NCBI GenBank assembly: GCA_900128395.1
Contig: LT649298.1
Location: forward strand, 1-42,844
Length of the DNA stretch: 42,844 bases
From: Stramenopiles sp. TOSAG23-2
Taxonomy: Eukaryota
Reading direction: 5' to 3'
The notes under the pieces are model-generated. The model made no database searches. It was not told the origin of the DNA and saw only the letters and a program-made list of their open reading frames with translations. Positions 8,965-21,280 of the stretch are shown here, piece by piece. Numbering within the stretch: the first letter of the stretch is position 1; the number at the start of each line of letters is the position of its first letter. A program made the translations under genes and the position numbers.

Positions 8965-11727
8965 TTACAATCCTAATTCTTTGCCAAGTGTCATTAATAT
9001 TTCAACTCCCCTTAATTGACGTATTTTTTCATTCAGTTTTGGATGCCGACATAATCTTGCTAAAACAATAGCAGTATTTTTTCGTGTTGGCCCATCTCCA
9101 CAACCTTTTAATACTTCAATAACATTTTCTATTAATCCCATGTCGGCCATTTCTTCTATAATAGGATCCTTTACATCCTGTACACATGGTATCAACGTCT
9201 TCATGGCGTTACCTACTAAATTAGACATTTCTTTATTTTTTTTCAATTTTCTGTTTTTAGCTAAATCACCAGCAGCTTTAATAATCTCGACTAATTTATT
9301 TCCTCCTTTCTTTTTACGTAAAATTTCCCGCAAAGATTTTTCTCCATCTTTCATGCATACGGCAACTACACGAATCAAATGACCTAATGTATCTCCTTCT
9401 GACATCACAACGACATCGACTAATAATTCAAATGCATGTGGTTCGCAAAGTTTCTGGCGTCCTTCAAGATCCAAAGAACACCGTGCAAGCAAACCTGCAG
9501 AACGAACATATACATCTTGTCCATGTGTCAGCCCTTTCATACCGAGGAGCAGAAGCAATAATGGTACTGCTCCTTGTTTTACAAGAAGTGAGCGTACTCC
9601 TTGATAAACAGTAGCTGGAGTATCCTCTTGTTGGACTGCACCATTCATCAACGCTGCAAGTGCGTTTGATTGTGTTATTTCACCATCTACTTTCCCGCCA
9701 GCACCGCCAAGGACGGTCAGTAAGCCACGGATAATATCAGCTTTCGCTAAATGTTTCCTAAATTTAGCATTTATCATTAAATTAGCTAATAGCCGTGTAA
9801 GCGCTTCTCGTGCCGTCGGTGTCAACGATGTATTTTTTGAATCAGTAGTTGATTTCAACAACAATGTCCCACTTATTTCTACAAGATCCCGTTTGAAAGA
9901 TGAAGTCGCGTCGTAAAAAAAATCCCTATCGACTGACGTCAAAGCCAATGTACTTAATGCACCTGCGCAAGCGGCAATTACTTTCGAATTTTCCGTCCCA
10001 ACTAAAAGTTCAACTAAGCAAGGGATAATATCCTTATATTTCGGTTTATGAAGTTGCTTTTGTGTAAAGGTGTGTTCAACAGTAGTTTCAAAAAATAAGC
10101 CAATGGCAAGTGCAGCGTCAACATCAATTTTACCATCTTCGGTTGATATAACAGCTACACAACGTGAATTGCATGCTGCCAACGCTTGCTTTTTAATAAA
10201 CAATTGCTGGTTTTTTCGATTGATGCAACTTGATGTTAATACTTTCAACAAGGCAATATCAAATTTTCTGCGTTTGCTTTTGACAAATGAAGCATCTTCC
10301 AACAAGAAGAGTTCCAACAATTTCTCAAAATTACCAGATGATCTAAAATATATTCGTGAATTTTCTTTATCCGACAATACATCAGCCAATGCATTAAAGC
10401 TGGTTTTTATGGCCGTTGCATCTTTACTATTTAACTTCTCCATCAATTTATCAATTAAACCAAATTCAGTTGGTCGTTTTGGAAGCGCTTGTGAGCTCGT
10501 TGTTGTTGTTGCTGCTGCTGCTGGAGGTGGTGGCGCTGTTGTTGAAGCCGTAGTGTTTACTTCAACAGGTTCTTCTTTTTTCTCATCATCTTTTATCTGT
10601 TTATTGCCCATATTATTATTATTATTATTATCATTATTATTATTACTTTTAGTTTCCATCGTTGTACTAGTTGCAGTTTTTCCCGTCATCTTTGTATCTT
10701 TTAAATTTTTAGATTTCTCAAGGGAATTGCTATTTGCTTTCTTTGCATCCTCACTGACCTGAATTGCATTTTGTACAAACAATTCACCTTTCACTTCTTC
10801 CCATTCTTCCATTAATTTGACTCGTTCTTTTTGCAACGATTCATTTTCTGGTTCAAATTTCAAACCTTCATCCAAATCATCTAATGCTTCCTGATACATT
10901 TTTTTTCGTCGTTTGGCTAATGCGCGTCTTGAATATGCTTTTACCCATGTTGGTTTTAAAAATAATGCACGCGTACAGTATTCGATCGCATCATCATAAT
11001 TTTTCAATTTGAGATGGCATTGTGCCATATTTGACAATACAGGTACTAAATATGGTATCTCATCCAGGGCTTCTTGATACCGTCTTAATGCCTTTTCATA
11101 ATCGCGCTTTTTAAACGCTTTATTGCCTTTTTGTTTTTGAACCTCTGCCGTTGTTGCTTTTCTGGTCTTCGTTTTTTCCCTTTTTTTCATATCGTCAATA
11201 AAATTATTACAAAACTCAGGATTATTTTTTTCAAATAAAGCATCTTTTCCTTTATTAATTTCTTTCTCCTTTGCTCTTAGTTCTTCCAATGACACTGGAT
11301 CATCCGGGATCCATTTTTCCCACATGGAATAATCAAGGCAATCTTTGCCTTTTTGCTTTGGTTGTGGGAATTTATAACCTTCGATTTCAACTGGCTCTAC
11401 AACTTCTCGTTGATTTTTTTTTTCCTCAAGGTCTTCCATTCTATATCGTGCACCTTTCCACCATTTTTCATGTTCTTCCTTTTTCTCCTTAGCTTTACGC
11501 TCAGCCTTTTCTTTCGCTCTTCGAGCTTTTTCCTCAGCTTCTTCTTGCAATTCCTCAGGTGTTTTTTCGCCAGGAACCCTAACATCTTCCGGCTTCAATT
11601 CCCCACTTTGCAACATATCTAGTTGCCTTTGCACATCGTTTACTTTGGATAAAAACGCATTAATATCACCATCTTTCACACCAGTACGTTTTTCCAAATC
11701 TAATAAATTATCAACATTTAATGACAT
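8965..11727 (-). CDS. TTC12: TPR + armadillo-repeat protein, TTC12-like (dynein assembly factor family)
   Basis: N-terminal DINAFLSKVNDV helix, three TPRs (KQKGNKAFKKRDYEKALRRYQEAL; LSNMAQCHLKL; VKAYSRRALA), long ARM region ending RKNTAIVLARLCRHP...IRQLRGVEIL. Confidence 0.85.
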   Translation of the reverse strand: MSLNVDNLLDLEKRTGVKDGDINAFLSKVNDVQRQLDMLQSGELKPEDVRVPGEKTPEELQEEAEEKARRAKEKAERKAKEKKEEHEKWWKGARYRMEDLEEKKNQREVVEPVEIEGYKFPQPKQKGKDCLDYSMWEKWIPDDPVSLEELRAKEKEINKGKDALFEKNNPEFCNNFIDDMKKREKTKTRKATTAEVQKQKGNKAFKKRDYEKALRRYQEALDEIPYLVPVLSNMAQCHLKLKNYDDAIEYCTRALFLKPTWVKAYSRRALAKRRKKMYQEALDDLDEGLKFEPENESLQKERVKLMEEWEEVKGELFVQNAIQVSEDAKKANSNSLEKSKNLKDTKMTGKTATSTTMETKSNNNNDNNNNNNMGNKQIKDDEKKEEPVEVNTTASTTAPPPPAAAATTTTSSQALPKRPTEFGLIDKLMEKLNSKDATAIKTSFNALADVLSDKENSRIYFRSSGNFEKLLELFLLEDASFVKSKRRKFDIALLKVLTSSCINRKNQQLFIKKQALAACNSRCVAVISTEDGKIDVDAALAIGLFFETTVEHTFTQKQLHKPKYKDIIPCLVELLVGTENSKVIAACAGALSTLALTSVDRDFFYDATSSFKRDLVEISGTLLLKSTTDSKNTSLTPTAREALTRLLANLMINAKFRKHLAKADIIRGLLTVLGGAGGKVDGEITQSNALAALMNGAVQQEDTPATVYQGVRSLLVKQGAVPLLLLLLGMKGLTHGQDVYVRSAGLLARCSLDLEGRQKLCEPHAFELLVDVVVMSEGDTLGHLIRVVAVCMKDGEKSLREILRKKKGGNKLVEIIKAAGDLAKNRKLKKNKEMSNLVGNAMKTLIPCVQDVKDPIIEEMADMGLIENVIEVLKGCGDGPTRKNTAIVLARLCRHPKLNEKIRQLRGVEILMTLGKELGL

Positions 11728-12553
11728 ATTATCAAAAGCACCAATTTATTTATATGAGTATTCAATATGGTTCTCTCTGTCTGTGTGTGTGTTTGTGTGT
11801 ATATGTCGTACGTTACTTCAATTATTCTTTTATTCAATAATGTACATACATATATATATATATATATATATGAATCAGTTGTGATTTCGTGTTTGTTATC
11901 TGATATTATATGTTATCATATCTATTTAACCGATGATTTTTTTTTGAATTGCTGTGCTAATTTAATTTGCATGCAATTATCATTTTTTGTCATCATAATA
12001 ATATCGCCTTGTAATCCCCTGGTATTTTTGAAATCAAAAAATGTTTCCAGAAGGAATACAGTATAGTACCAAAGTAGAATGTAGATCCAGCAACTATTGT
12101 GTAAAATACAGTATGACTTTTAAATCCTCTCTCTACCTTAAACTATCATCAAAAGAATGGAGAGAAATGGTGGAAGAGGAGGGCCAGGTTAAGGTACAGA
12201 GGAGTGAACAAAATAATGGATCACAATTATCATTTCTACTACTATCGGATTCAAAATAAAACCACATACTGGGCATACCAGCATACCAGTACTGTAATGT
12301 AATATTCTTCTTCGCTCTAATATGCCTATACAGGTACTATATTGCCACACGCCATGTGGATTGTTGCGCTACTATTATTCTTCTTCATTATTAATATTCA
12401 ATATTTTTTTTTCTAAATATATATATATTTTAAAATTAATTTATAGACAAAACAACACATGAACAAAAACAATACAATACGATATCATCAAGTATAATAT
12501 TTACAAAATACAAGAGACAAACAAACAAAAATTCTAAACAAAAGAAAATCAAT

Positions 12554-13225
12554 ATGGGAATTTTTGCATCAAAAGATAAGAAAGGAGATAATCGAAAGCG
12601 TCCAGTAGATCAATCGAACCAAATGACACAACTTGACAAGTCAAAGTTAGAAGTGAAACGTGGTAAAAATAGGATATCAAAATTTAGTAAAAAGTTAGAA
12701 CAACAGATTGTTAAATTGGATCAAGATGCAAGGAACTATGTGAAGAGCGGTAATAAGAAGAAAGCGCTGTACACTCTCCGTTTGAAAAAATTGAAAATTA
12801 AGTCTCTAGATGATGTTGAACAGAAAATTTTATCACTAGAGAAAATATTATTGGAAATTGAATCGACGGAAATGACGCAAGAGTCTTTAAACGCTGTACA
12901 AAATGGCACAAACGCATTAAATGAAATGCATCGTATTATGTCTGTGGAAGATGTTGAACAAATTATGGCTGATAATGAAGAAGCTCTTGATGAGGCAAAC
13001 GAAATTGCATCATTGCTCTCTGGTGAAAGTTTTGATCTTACTGATGAAGAGGAGCTTGAAGCAGAACTGAATGCTCTTAGTGGAAATGTAAATAATAAAA
13101 ATGATACCAAGGTAGAAATACCTAATATGCCAAATGTACCAACAAGTAAAATTCAACTTAAAAATGATGAGGATGCAAATACGGAAGCAACAACAGAAAA
13201 GAAGAGAGTATTACTAACATCATAA
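12554..13225 (+). CDS. VPS20: ESCRT-III subunit Vps20/CHMP6
   Basis: Snf7-family coiled coil, N-terminal MG myristoylation motif, KKKALYTLRLKK, VEDVEQIMADNEEA, EEELEAELNAL, PNVP. Confidence 0.9.
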   Translation: MGIFASKDKKGDNRKRPVDQSNQMTQLDKSKLEVKRGKNRISKFSKKLEQQIVKLDQDARNYVKSGNKKKALYTLRLKKLKIKSLDDVEQKILSLEKILLEIESTEMTQESLNAVQNGTNALNEMHRIMSVEDVEQIMADNEEALDEANEIASLLSGESFDLTDEEELEAELNALSGNVNNKNDTKVEIPNMPNVPTSKIQLKNDEDANTEATTEKKRVLLTS

Positions 13226-13588
13226 ATAAAAATTGTTTTTAATATTATGCTATTACTTTTCATATTATATTATATGTGTACGATTTCGTACGCTTCGTAT
13301 ATTTTATGTCCCGTATTTTTTTACCGAACGTGTCTAATATGTATGATATGTGTCTGCTCTGTGTATTCATATATATATGCATATATAAAAAATTCTCTTA
13401 TTTATAAGTCATATATATATATATGATATACCTCTATTTGTTTTTATTTTTATGCCTATTAATAATATGATATGACTAGATGATATATAAAATGTTCTCT
13501 TACTCATATATATATATATATATATATATACGTGTGTCACAAAATATCATCACTGCACACCACAAAATTTCCAGCATTTCAATATAGT

Positions 13589-16500
13589 TTACGCACTTGT
13601 ATCACGATTCATACTAGCAGCAGTTTTAGCTCGTTGTTCTTTTATCCAATTATCAATTTTTTCTTTCACATCTGTTGCTGGTACCAAATCATCAACAGTT
13701 AACTTTTCTCGTGTAAATGGATTTAATTCATCATTTAATAAATGTTGCTTAATACTATTTCGATCCATCACATGTCCACTTGGCAAGCGAACAGGATCTG
13801 TCATTATATCACACAAAATAGGATCCAAAAATTCATCAGGGGCATCATCCATAAATGCATCTTCACCTCGCATTTCATCAATTAAAGCACATAAAGTAGC
13901 GCTCATTGCTGCCCATTTATTTATATCAGCTGTTGTCAATAAATTCATCCTTGTCAATAATTTATTTGTCTTACTAAAGATGGCAACATCATAAAAATCT
14001 TGCGAAAACTCTTTTGAAACTTCATTTAAAAATGCAGCTTCTGTACTCATATTTAAATATACACTTGCTATTTGTTTCAACATAATCTTTGGTTTAAAAT
14101 GATATTTCTCAGGGTCATCAACTTTCAATTGCAATCCACCCCTTCCAGCCAATTTGACAAGGACACTATTCAACGTAGATGCTAATCTACCAAGTAATTC
14201 AGATGATAGAAAAGGCGCTTTAATTTCAACAGTTAAATATGTCAACATATCTAGTGTCTCATTGGACATCATTAATGCTGATTTTACATGTTGTTCGTCT
14301 TCATCTAATTTTTCTTTTATATGCTTTCGTTCCTCCTCTGATTTACGAAACCATGCTTCTTGATCTTTCATTTCATCTTGAACTTGTTTAATGCTTTGTA
14401 ATTTCCCCATACTATCACTAATCAATGAGTTGATTTGATTTAAAATTCCATTTGCAAATGTTATAAATGAAAACCCAGAAAACGCGGAGGAGGAGGATAC
14501 ATTTGTAGCATCATCCACATCCATCATCATCGCCGCTTTTCGGATAGAAGTTTTATGTACATCAAAGGTCCATAAATATTTCAATACATAACTGATTTTC
14601 AAACGATGCGTAGTTTTATCGTAAAATCCAGTATTCTCTACATCGCCATACAGTGCAAGTAACGATGGTGCCAATGACTGCAATGCCAATGTGTTTGTGC
14701 ATAGTAAATTAGACGTCCCTACAGCATTAAACACTTGATTGTTAATCATGACATTTGAATGCTCGAATACGCCTCTCGATTTAGGAGGTACGAACGCGTA
14801 TAACATCAAATCGCCAAATTTAGCTCTTAAATGGGGCGATGGGAAATATGTCGCTCCCGTTTTCAAGACAACTGTTACAAAACTCAACAAAATATCTAAT
14901 TTATCAATAGCACTACTTAGCATAGCATTGTCTGTCTGCGCAATAAATGCTAAAACATCTGCGATATTTTCAACTAATGAAATTGGTATATTTGAACATA
15001 GTTGATTCGGCGTTGCAGATGCTGGAAATTGATCAAACGTTGTCATTGCATCATTGGCATCCATGCCGATCATGCAGCGATATATCCACCCAGCCATGAA
15101 TGTAATGAAATCTAATGATTTTAACATTAGATTTGGATCGCATAGTTGAACATCACGAGAAAATTTCAAAGAAAGCATGGATTCAAACATCCCTTGATTT
15201 CCTTGATTTCGTACGTGCGACATATGACGTTCGAACAATCCAGCTTTTCGTACACCGACGATTAAACCAACATGCTGCGCTTTCACGGTGAAGAAAAAAC
15301 ATCTGGTAACAAAATTGAAATTACTAGCTTCCTCATCATCACTATTGCTCTTTTTCCCATCGCACGTAATCGTTTTGCCACCAATACCTTGGTATTTACC
15401 ATCATCACCAAACAGGGTACCAATTTCATTTGATGATAAATACTTTAAATTGATTAATTTCATTTTTGGCCATGTCATAGTACCATCATTATTATTCTGT
15501 ACTTTCTTCATTTTTGTAAATGGTTCACTCAACCGTAGTAATACGTGATTAAAATTTAATGCAAACGAATCATGGATTTCTACCATTGGATTTGGACGAT
15601 CTTTCATACGCCCATTTGACAAAACTAAAGCCCTGCAAATCCATTTTTGAATATTTTTCTTCGTTATAGCAGCACCAGTGCCCTTGACAACTAACATACT
15701 TTTGATTAAATCATGTCCACATTTCACAACTGTTTCCACCTGTCTTCTCAATGTTAAAGATGCATGTTGTATCTCAGATAATGAGCGACGGCCAGGATTG
15801 CTGAAATATTGATTGGCAACTGCACTTTCAATGTTCCCGCCATATGCTCCCATCCTCTGTACCCCTCCGCATGTTCCAATGCGTAAAATATTGCCTATCA
15901 ATGTACTTTGCTCCACTTGTTGTCCCGTTGCATTCGGATTGAATATATCGAACGAAGAAAATGCTTGCAGTTTTATCAATACTCGTGCTGCATGGGGTAA
16001 CCGTAACATTTGTTTTAACATGTTGACTGCATGGGCAAATGGCTCTAAAATTACTGGAGTTGGCATATTATTATTGCTGTTGTTGTTACCCATAAGGAAC
16101 GCAAATGGATTTTGCTGTTGCTGTTGTGATTGTTGTTGCTGCCCACTTTTTTTACCATTGAAACTTGCTCCTATTTGTTGAAACAATGGTTGTAGTATGT
16201 TCACACGTTCTTCATCATCATCTAGTCGGAACAAATCATCAGCATCATCATCATCATCATCATCATCGTCTCCTTTTAATACAGCACTTAGTAACCATGT
16301 TGTTGCTTCTGACAACTTTGCTGAATGGAACAAAAGCCCGAATAATTCTGATGGTTGTTTGTTATTATTACCTTTTTGTAAACTTGGAAAAATTTCAGGA
16401 TTTTTTACTGTCGTATTGAAAAAATTGGATACAAACGTTTTTAAACTCTTTATAAATGCCAAAGCTTTTTCATCCTTACTTCCATTGAGTTTTTTCTCTT

Positions 16501-17041
16501 CCACTAATATACGTGAGTAACAATGAACTAAATATGGCAATGGATTCATCGTAACATTTTCCTCGGATAAACGTGAGTATAATATTGAATCAATCATATC
16601 AAGACTGAATTCAGTCGTAGAATCAGCTAAATCTTTCAAGTAATAAAAGCCATTATTGTCGCTTTCATTTAATGTGACTTGAAAAACTCGCTTTATTATA
16701 GCATTTGGTAAAAATATCTTCTTAGAATTGTCTTTTTTCTTTTTTGTCGTTGGTTTTACTTCTTTTGTTGGTGTTTTTGATTTTTTTGCAGCAGATGAAG
16801 TAGAAAGGCTATTTGCTTGTGGATCTCGCTTTTTTAGATTAAGATCCTTCGAAGCACCATCTACCTTCGTTGGCACTGTAGATTCGCTAATAGCATTGTC
16901 GCTCGCATTATCTTTTGTTGTAGTTTTACTTTCTAAAAGTTTTAGTCTTTTTTCGCGTATAGTTTGTGCATTGTCCTCCGCATCAACATTCATCGCTTGG
17001 TCATCTTCGGTGTTTTCAAAGAACGAATTGAGAAAATTCAT
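13589..17041 (-). CDS. UFD2: Ubiquitin conjugation factor E4 (Ufd2 core + U-box)
   Basis: NFVTRCFFFT, SPHLRAK, LKVDDPEKYHFKPK, C-terminal U-box PDEFLDPILCDIMTDPVRLPSGHVMDR...HLLNDELNPFTRE. Confidence 0.96.
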   Translation of the reverse strand: MNFLNSFFENTEDDQAMNVDAEDNAQTIREKRLKLLESKTTTKDNASDNAISESTVPTKVDGASKDLNLKKRDPQANSLSTSSAAKKSKTPTKEVKPTTKKKKDNSKKIFLPNAIIKRVFQVTLNESDNNGFYYLKDLADSTTEFSLDMIDSILYSRLSEENVTMNPLPYLVHCYSRILVEEKKLNGSKDEKALAFIKSLKTFVSNFFNTTVKNPEIFPSLQKGNNNKQPSELFGLLFHSAKLSEATTWLLSAVLKGDDDDDDDDDADDLFRLDDDEERVNILQPLFQQIGASFNGKKSGQQQQSQQQQQNPFAFLMGNNNSNNNMPTPVILEPFAHAVNMLKQMLRLPHAARVLIKLQAFSSFDIFNPNATGQQVEQSTLIGNILRIGTCGGVQRMGAYGGNIESAVANQYFSNPGRRSLSEIQHASLTLRRQVETVVKCGHDLIKSMLVVKGTGAAITKKNIQKWICRALVLSNGRMKDRPNPMVEIHDSFALNFNHVLLRLSEPFTKMKKVQNNNDGTMTWPKMKLINLKYLSSNEIGTLFGDDGKYQGIGGKTITCDGKKSNSDDEEASNFNFVTRCFFFTVKAQHVGLIVGVRKAGLFERHMSHVRNQGNQGMFESMLSLKFSRDVQLCDPNLMLKSLDFITFMAGWIYRCMIGMDANDAMTTFDQFPASATPNQLCSNIPISLVENIADVLAFIAQTDNAMLSSAIDKLDILLSFVTVVLKTGATYFPSPHLRAKFGDLMLYAFVPPKSRGVFEHSNVMINNQVFNAVGTSNLLCTNTLALQSLAPSLLALYGDVENTGFYDKTTHRLKISYVLKYLWTFDVHKTSIRKAAMMMDVDDATNVSSSSAFSGFSFITFANGILNQINSLISDSMGKLQSIKQVQDEMKDQEAWFRKSEEERKHIKEKLDEDEQHVKSALMMSNETLDMLTYLTVEIKAPFLSSELLGRLASTLNSVLVKLAGRGGLQLKVDDPEKYHFKPKIMLKQIASVYLNMSTEAAFLNEVSKEFSQDFYDVAIFSKTNKLLTRMNLLTTADINKWAAMSATLCALIDEMRGEDAFMDDAPDEFLDPILCDIMTDPVRLPSGHVMDRNSIKQHLLNDELNPFTREKLTVDDLVPATDVKEKIDNWIKEQRAKTAASMNRDTSA

Positions 17042-17350
17042 GATATATCCTTGCTTGTATATTCTAAATTTGTTTCTCTGTCTCTCTTTACTATATACTA
17101 CTAACTTTCTAATTTTTCTGAAAGTCTTCCTTGTGTTCTAAGAATTTTAATTAGACTATATCTTCTTCTTCTATAAATAAATATTATTAAATATAAAGTG
17201 TTTTGTGCTTTTCTAATTCAATATATTTTTTAGTTGTTCCCAGTGTGGCACAGTGCTGCTCCGCGACGAATAATTCTTCGCTCACATCTCCACACACGAG
17301 TTTTCGGATATTTGGTTTTGATGCAAAAAAACGTCAAAATGGATATACCT

Positions 17351-17522
17351 ATTCTTAGAGTAATTATATGTTCCTATTTCTATGTATTATTAAATGTATT
17401 ATTATGTTGTATGTACCTTAATATTTATATTGTATTGTATTATTATTATGTGTAAATGTTTCCTATTTTTAAGTTATTTGTCTGTTTTTCAGTAAGAACC
17501 TATTCGTAAGAATGTTTAGGGA
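17351..17522. mobile_element. Dispersed AT-rich repeat, MITE-like, copy 2
   Basis: Same orientation as and highly similar to 7870-8061; lies in the divergent UFD2/REV1 intergenic region. Confidence 0.7.
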
Positions 17523-17749
17523 AAGTGATTAAACAAATGAATTATTATTGATGACATGAAAAAAACCCGCGAAAGGATGAATGCTGGAATGGATAAAGAA
17601 AAAAAAATACTATAAGATGAATCAGAATAAAATTTAAAAATAAAAAATATAATAACAAAAGAACAAGAAAGAAAATTTCCAACACCTTGTGTTTATTCAC
17701 GACATTTATTAATCAATTCTTTGATTGCTTATTTAGCCCATTTGTGACA

Positions 17750-20245
17750 ATGGCTACGCGCCATGGTACGTTCAAATTAGCGAATGAATTGTATCAACGG
17801 AAAGGAGATATTGATACTTCGCAAAAAAAATCATCCGTACAAACGACTTTAATTTCAAAAAATAATCATGCAGCTACTAGTGCTTTATTTGGCACTGAAC
17901 ATGAGGGTAGCCACTCAAATTATATGAATGCAAAAGTTGCAAAATTACGCCAAGTACAAGATAAACATGTAGAATTTCTTAATCAAAATAATACTCTTGC
18001 CAAAATTTTTAAAGGGTTGTTTTTTTATATTAATGGAAGACAACATTTACAACTCGTAGCATTAAAGCAACTAATATTACAACGTGGTGGAATGGTAGAG
18101 ACATATCATACAGATATTGTAACACATATGGTTTGTCAAGAATTGTCCGAGTCAAAAGCACAGAAATTAAGAGAGCAATATTTGAAAAAGAATTTCCCCG
18201 TCCAAGTCATACGTAGTGAATGGATCACAGATTCCATTGATGCAGGGAAATGTTTACCAATAGAAATGTACAAACCAACATGTGTTGATGAAACTGGTAC
18301 CGATCAACAGAAAATAACTTCCTTCGTAAAAAAAAGTATCATCAATAATAATAACAATAAGAAACACGATGTAAATAACAATTGTAATAACAATAATAGC
18401 AGTAGTAATAGTAAGAAGAGCAATAATAATAATAGAAATAATAGTGGGAAAAAAAACAATGGCGATGTATGCATATTGCCAACAACAATGCCAAACATAT
18501 CTTCCACTGCGACTACGACTACTACCACCACCACCACTTCAGAAATTCTTAAAACAAATGTCAATAAAAATAAAAAAATGCAAAAAACAAGTGAATCAGA
18601 TTTAAATTTTGTGAATAATTTTTTCGCAAATTCACGTCTTCATCATATTGGTAGATATAGAGCTCATTTAAAACCTCTGATTTTGCAATTGCAAAAAAGT
18701 AAAATATTGTCTCTAAGTGGACAAGGTTTTCATAATAGTTCTGGATTAGAAAAGGATCATCGTAGAATTATTGCCCATGTCGATATGGATTGTTATTTTG
18801 CATCTGTAGCGCTTTTGAAAAGACCAGAGTTGCGAACAAAGCCTGTATGTGTAGCCCATGGAAACGGTAATACTAGTGAGATATCTTCTGCTAATTACGT
18901 TGCTAGGGAATTTGGTTTACGAGCTGGGATGTTTATGCGTAAAGCAAAAGAATTATGTCATGAATTAATCATATTGCCATATGAGTTTGATGAATATGCA
19001 AGAATATCGGAACTTGTTTATTGTACATTATACAAATATGCTGATAAAGTCGAAGTTGTATCTTGCGATGAAGCTTACATTGATATTACCAATTCAGTAT
19101 TTACAGTGTCCTACGGGGGTAGCAACGATAGCAATGGCAGTAATAACATTAGTGTAAATATACAACGTCGGGTCACAGCATATTTACAAGATATACAAAA
19201 AAGTATTTCAGAAACAACAGGATGTACTGCATCGTTCGGAGTTGGTCGCAATAAATTAGTTGCAAAATTGGCAACGTCCTATGCAAAGAAAAAAGACGGG
19301 CCAAATAGCCATTGTGCTCTTATTCACAATGATATAGAAATAGAAAATAAAAATGTCGAAGACTTTATTTCCACTTTATCGATTACTACAATGCCATCAA
19401 TTGGTTGGAAAAGGAGACAAGTAATGGAAGAAAAAGGTATTGAAAAGTGTGGTGATATAAAAAACTGGTCGGAAAAAGATTTGGCAAAATTATTCAATGG
19501 AGATCAAATAGGTAAAAATTTATATGAAGGCATACGAGGTATCGGATCGAATCAACTTGAATCGTTTTTTCAAATGCAAAAATCTGTAAGTGCGGTGATT
19601 AATTATGCCGTACGTTTTATAACAGAGAGAAGATTTTTGGAAGTAATGAAAGATTTATCCGACAATGTAACGTTACGCTTGAAACAATGTGGCGAGAACG
19701 GTGGGATGACGGAAAGTGTCACCGTAAAATTAAAAATTGCAATACAAGGATGGAAGGAACCAGGAAAATTTCTAGGTCATGGTCATTGTCGTGATGTAAC
19801 AAAGAGTCAAAAAGTTCAAACGCCAATATGTACAAAAGAAGATATATTTAAAGTTGTCAATAATATATGCCATGGGATATTAAATACGTATTGTTATACT
19901 AAAGTAAAACGGGCTAAAGATAATGGATTTACAATATCAGATATTCGTGGTATAGGAATACAATTAAATCATTTAATTTCATACGATTCTCAAGAAAATG
20001 CAAAGACTACCACATTATCTCAAATGTGGCAAGGAAATGCAAATAATAATAATAATAATAATAATAATGGTGATGATGATGATGTAATTGATATAACTGA
20101 TAATATTATTACCAAATTGAATAACGATTTGCACAATTCCAACAATGAAATTATTGCCATGAAAATATATAAATCACCTGCTAGACCTTTGAAAAGAAAA
20201 AAAGAGAAAAAGACAACACCAATAAGAAACTTTATGATTATGCAT

Positions 20246-20278
<33 letters not shown>

Positions 20279-21163
20279 ACGACAACTAGTGAGAACGGTG
20301 GTGGTAGTAGAAAACGAAGGAAAAAATGCCCCAAAAAGAAACAAGTTAATATTCGTTCTTTTATTCCAAACAAACGATTATTGGAAAAAATTCAACAGAT
20401 TCAAGGTCATTCTCAAGCTATAGATGAAGAAACATTCAATCAATTGCCAATGAATATAAGGTCTGAATTGACACGAGCTGCTCAACGAGATAATCATAAA
20501 AATAAAAGTAATGGTAATAGTGTCAATAGAATTGGAAGAGCTACGAACAATAATAATAATAATAACAACAATAATATAGTACATGCTAATAAGAGAAGTA
20601 GGAAAAATTATCCAACAATAAATACAAACAACAATGTACTTAATACCAATACAAGAACAAGAACAAGTACCACTACTACAACTGCTAATGAAAGCAATCA
20701 TACAAGATCATCAAATATTAATATAGGTAATCAAAATTTAATGCTTTCATTGCCGGTTGAAGAGACAAAAATAACCAATGGAGAAGAAATAAATTTGTTA
20801 AATAGTCTTGGTTATAATGATTTAGCATCAATTGTCAACACAAAAAAATGGAATTTAAATTGTCGTATGAAAATAAAAGAATTTTTATCTCACTTTAAGA
20901 ATCAAGTTAATAGCCAAGGCACAGAAGGAATATGTTTATGTAGTTTAGTTTTTATATGTCAACGGAAGTTAAAAGTTTTACAATCTATGGTAAATTATTT
21001 TCTAAGTCTATGCAAAAATGAAGTATACATGGATACATGGGGACGTAAAAGTTTATTTATCATATCATGTATTCAGGATATGATGGAAAAAAAATGTGGT
21101 GGAAGATTGAATTTGGAGAACGATCATATATTTTTAAAAAGTACGAACCGTATTTCGTATTGA
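17750..21163 (+). CDS. REV1: Y-family translesion polymerase / dCMP transferase REV1
   Basis: BRCT domain (IFKGLFFYING...WITDSI), N-digit SRLHHIG, HVDMDCYFASV, SCDEAYID, UBM-like SQAIDEETFNQLPMNIRSEL. First ATG is at 17750. Confidence 0.96.
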
Positions 21164-21280
21164 AAAAAGAAAAGAAGTGTGTTTTTTTTACTAAAATCAT
21201 ACGAAGTCGTATATTTTTATATTTTTTATTTAACGTGCCATATAATATCACGTGTGTGGTTTCTCTCCCCCCTAACGAAT

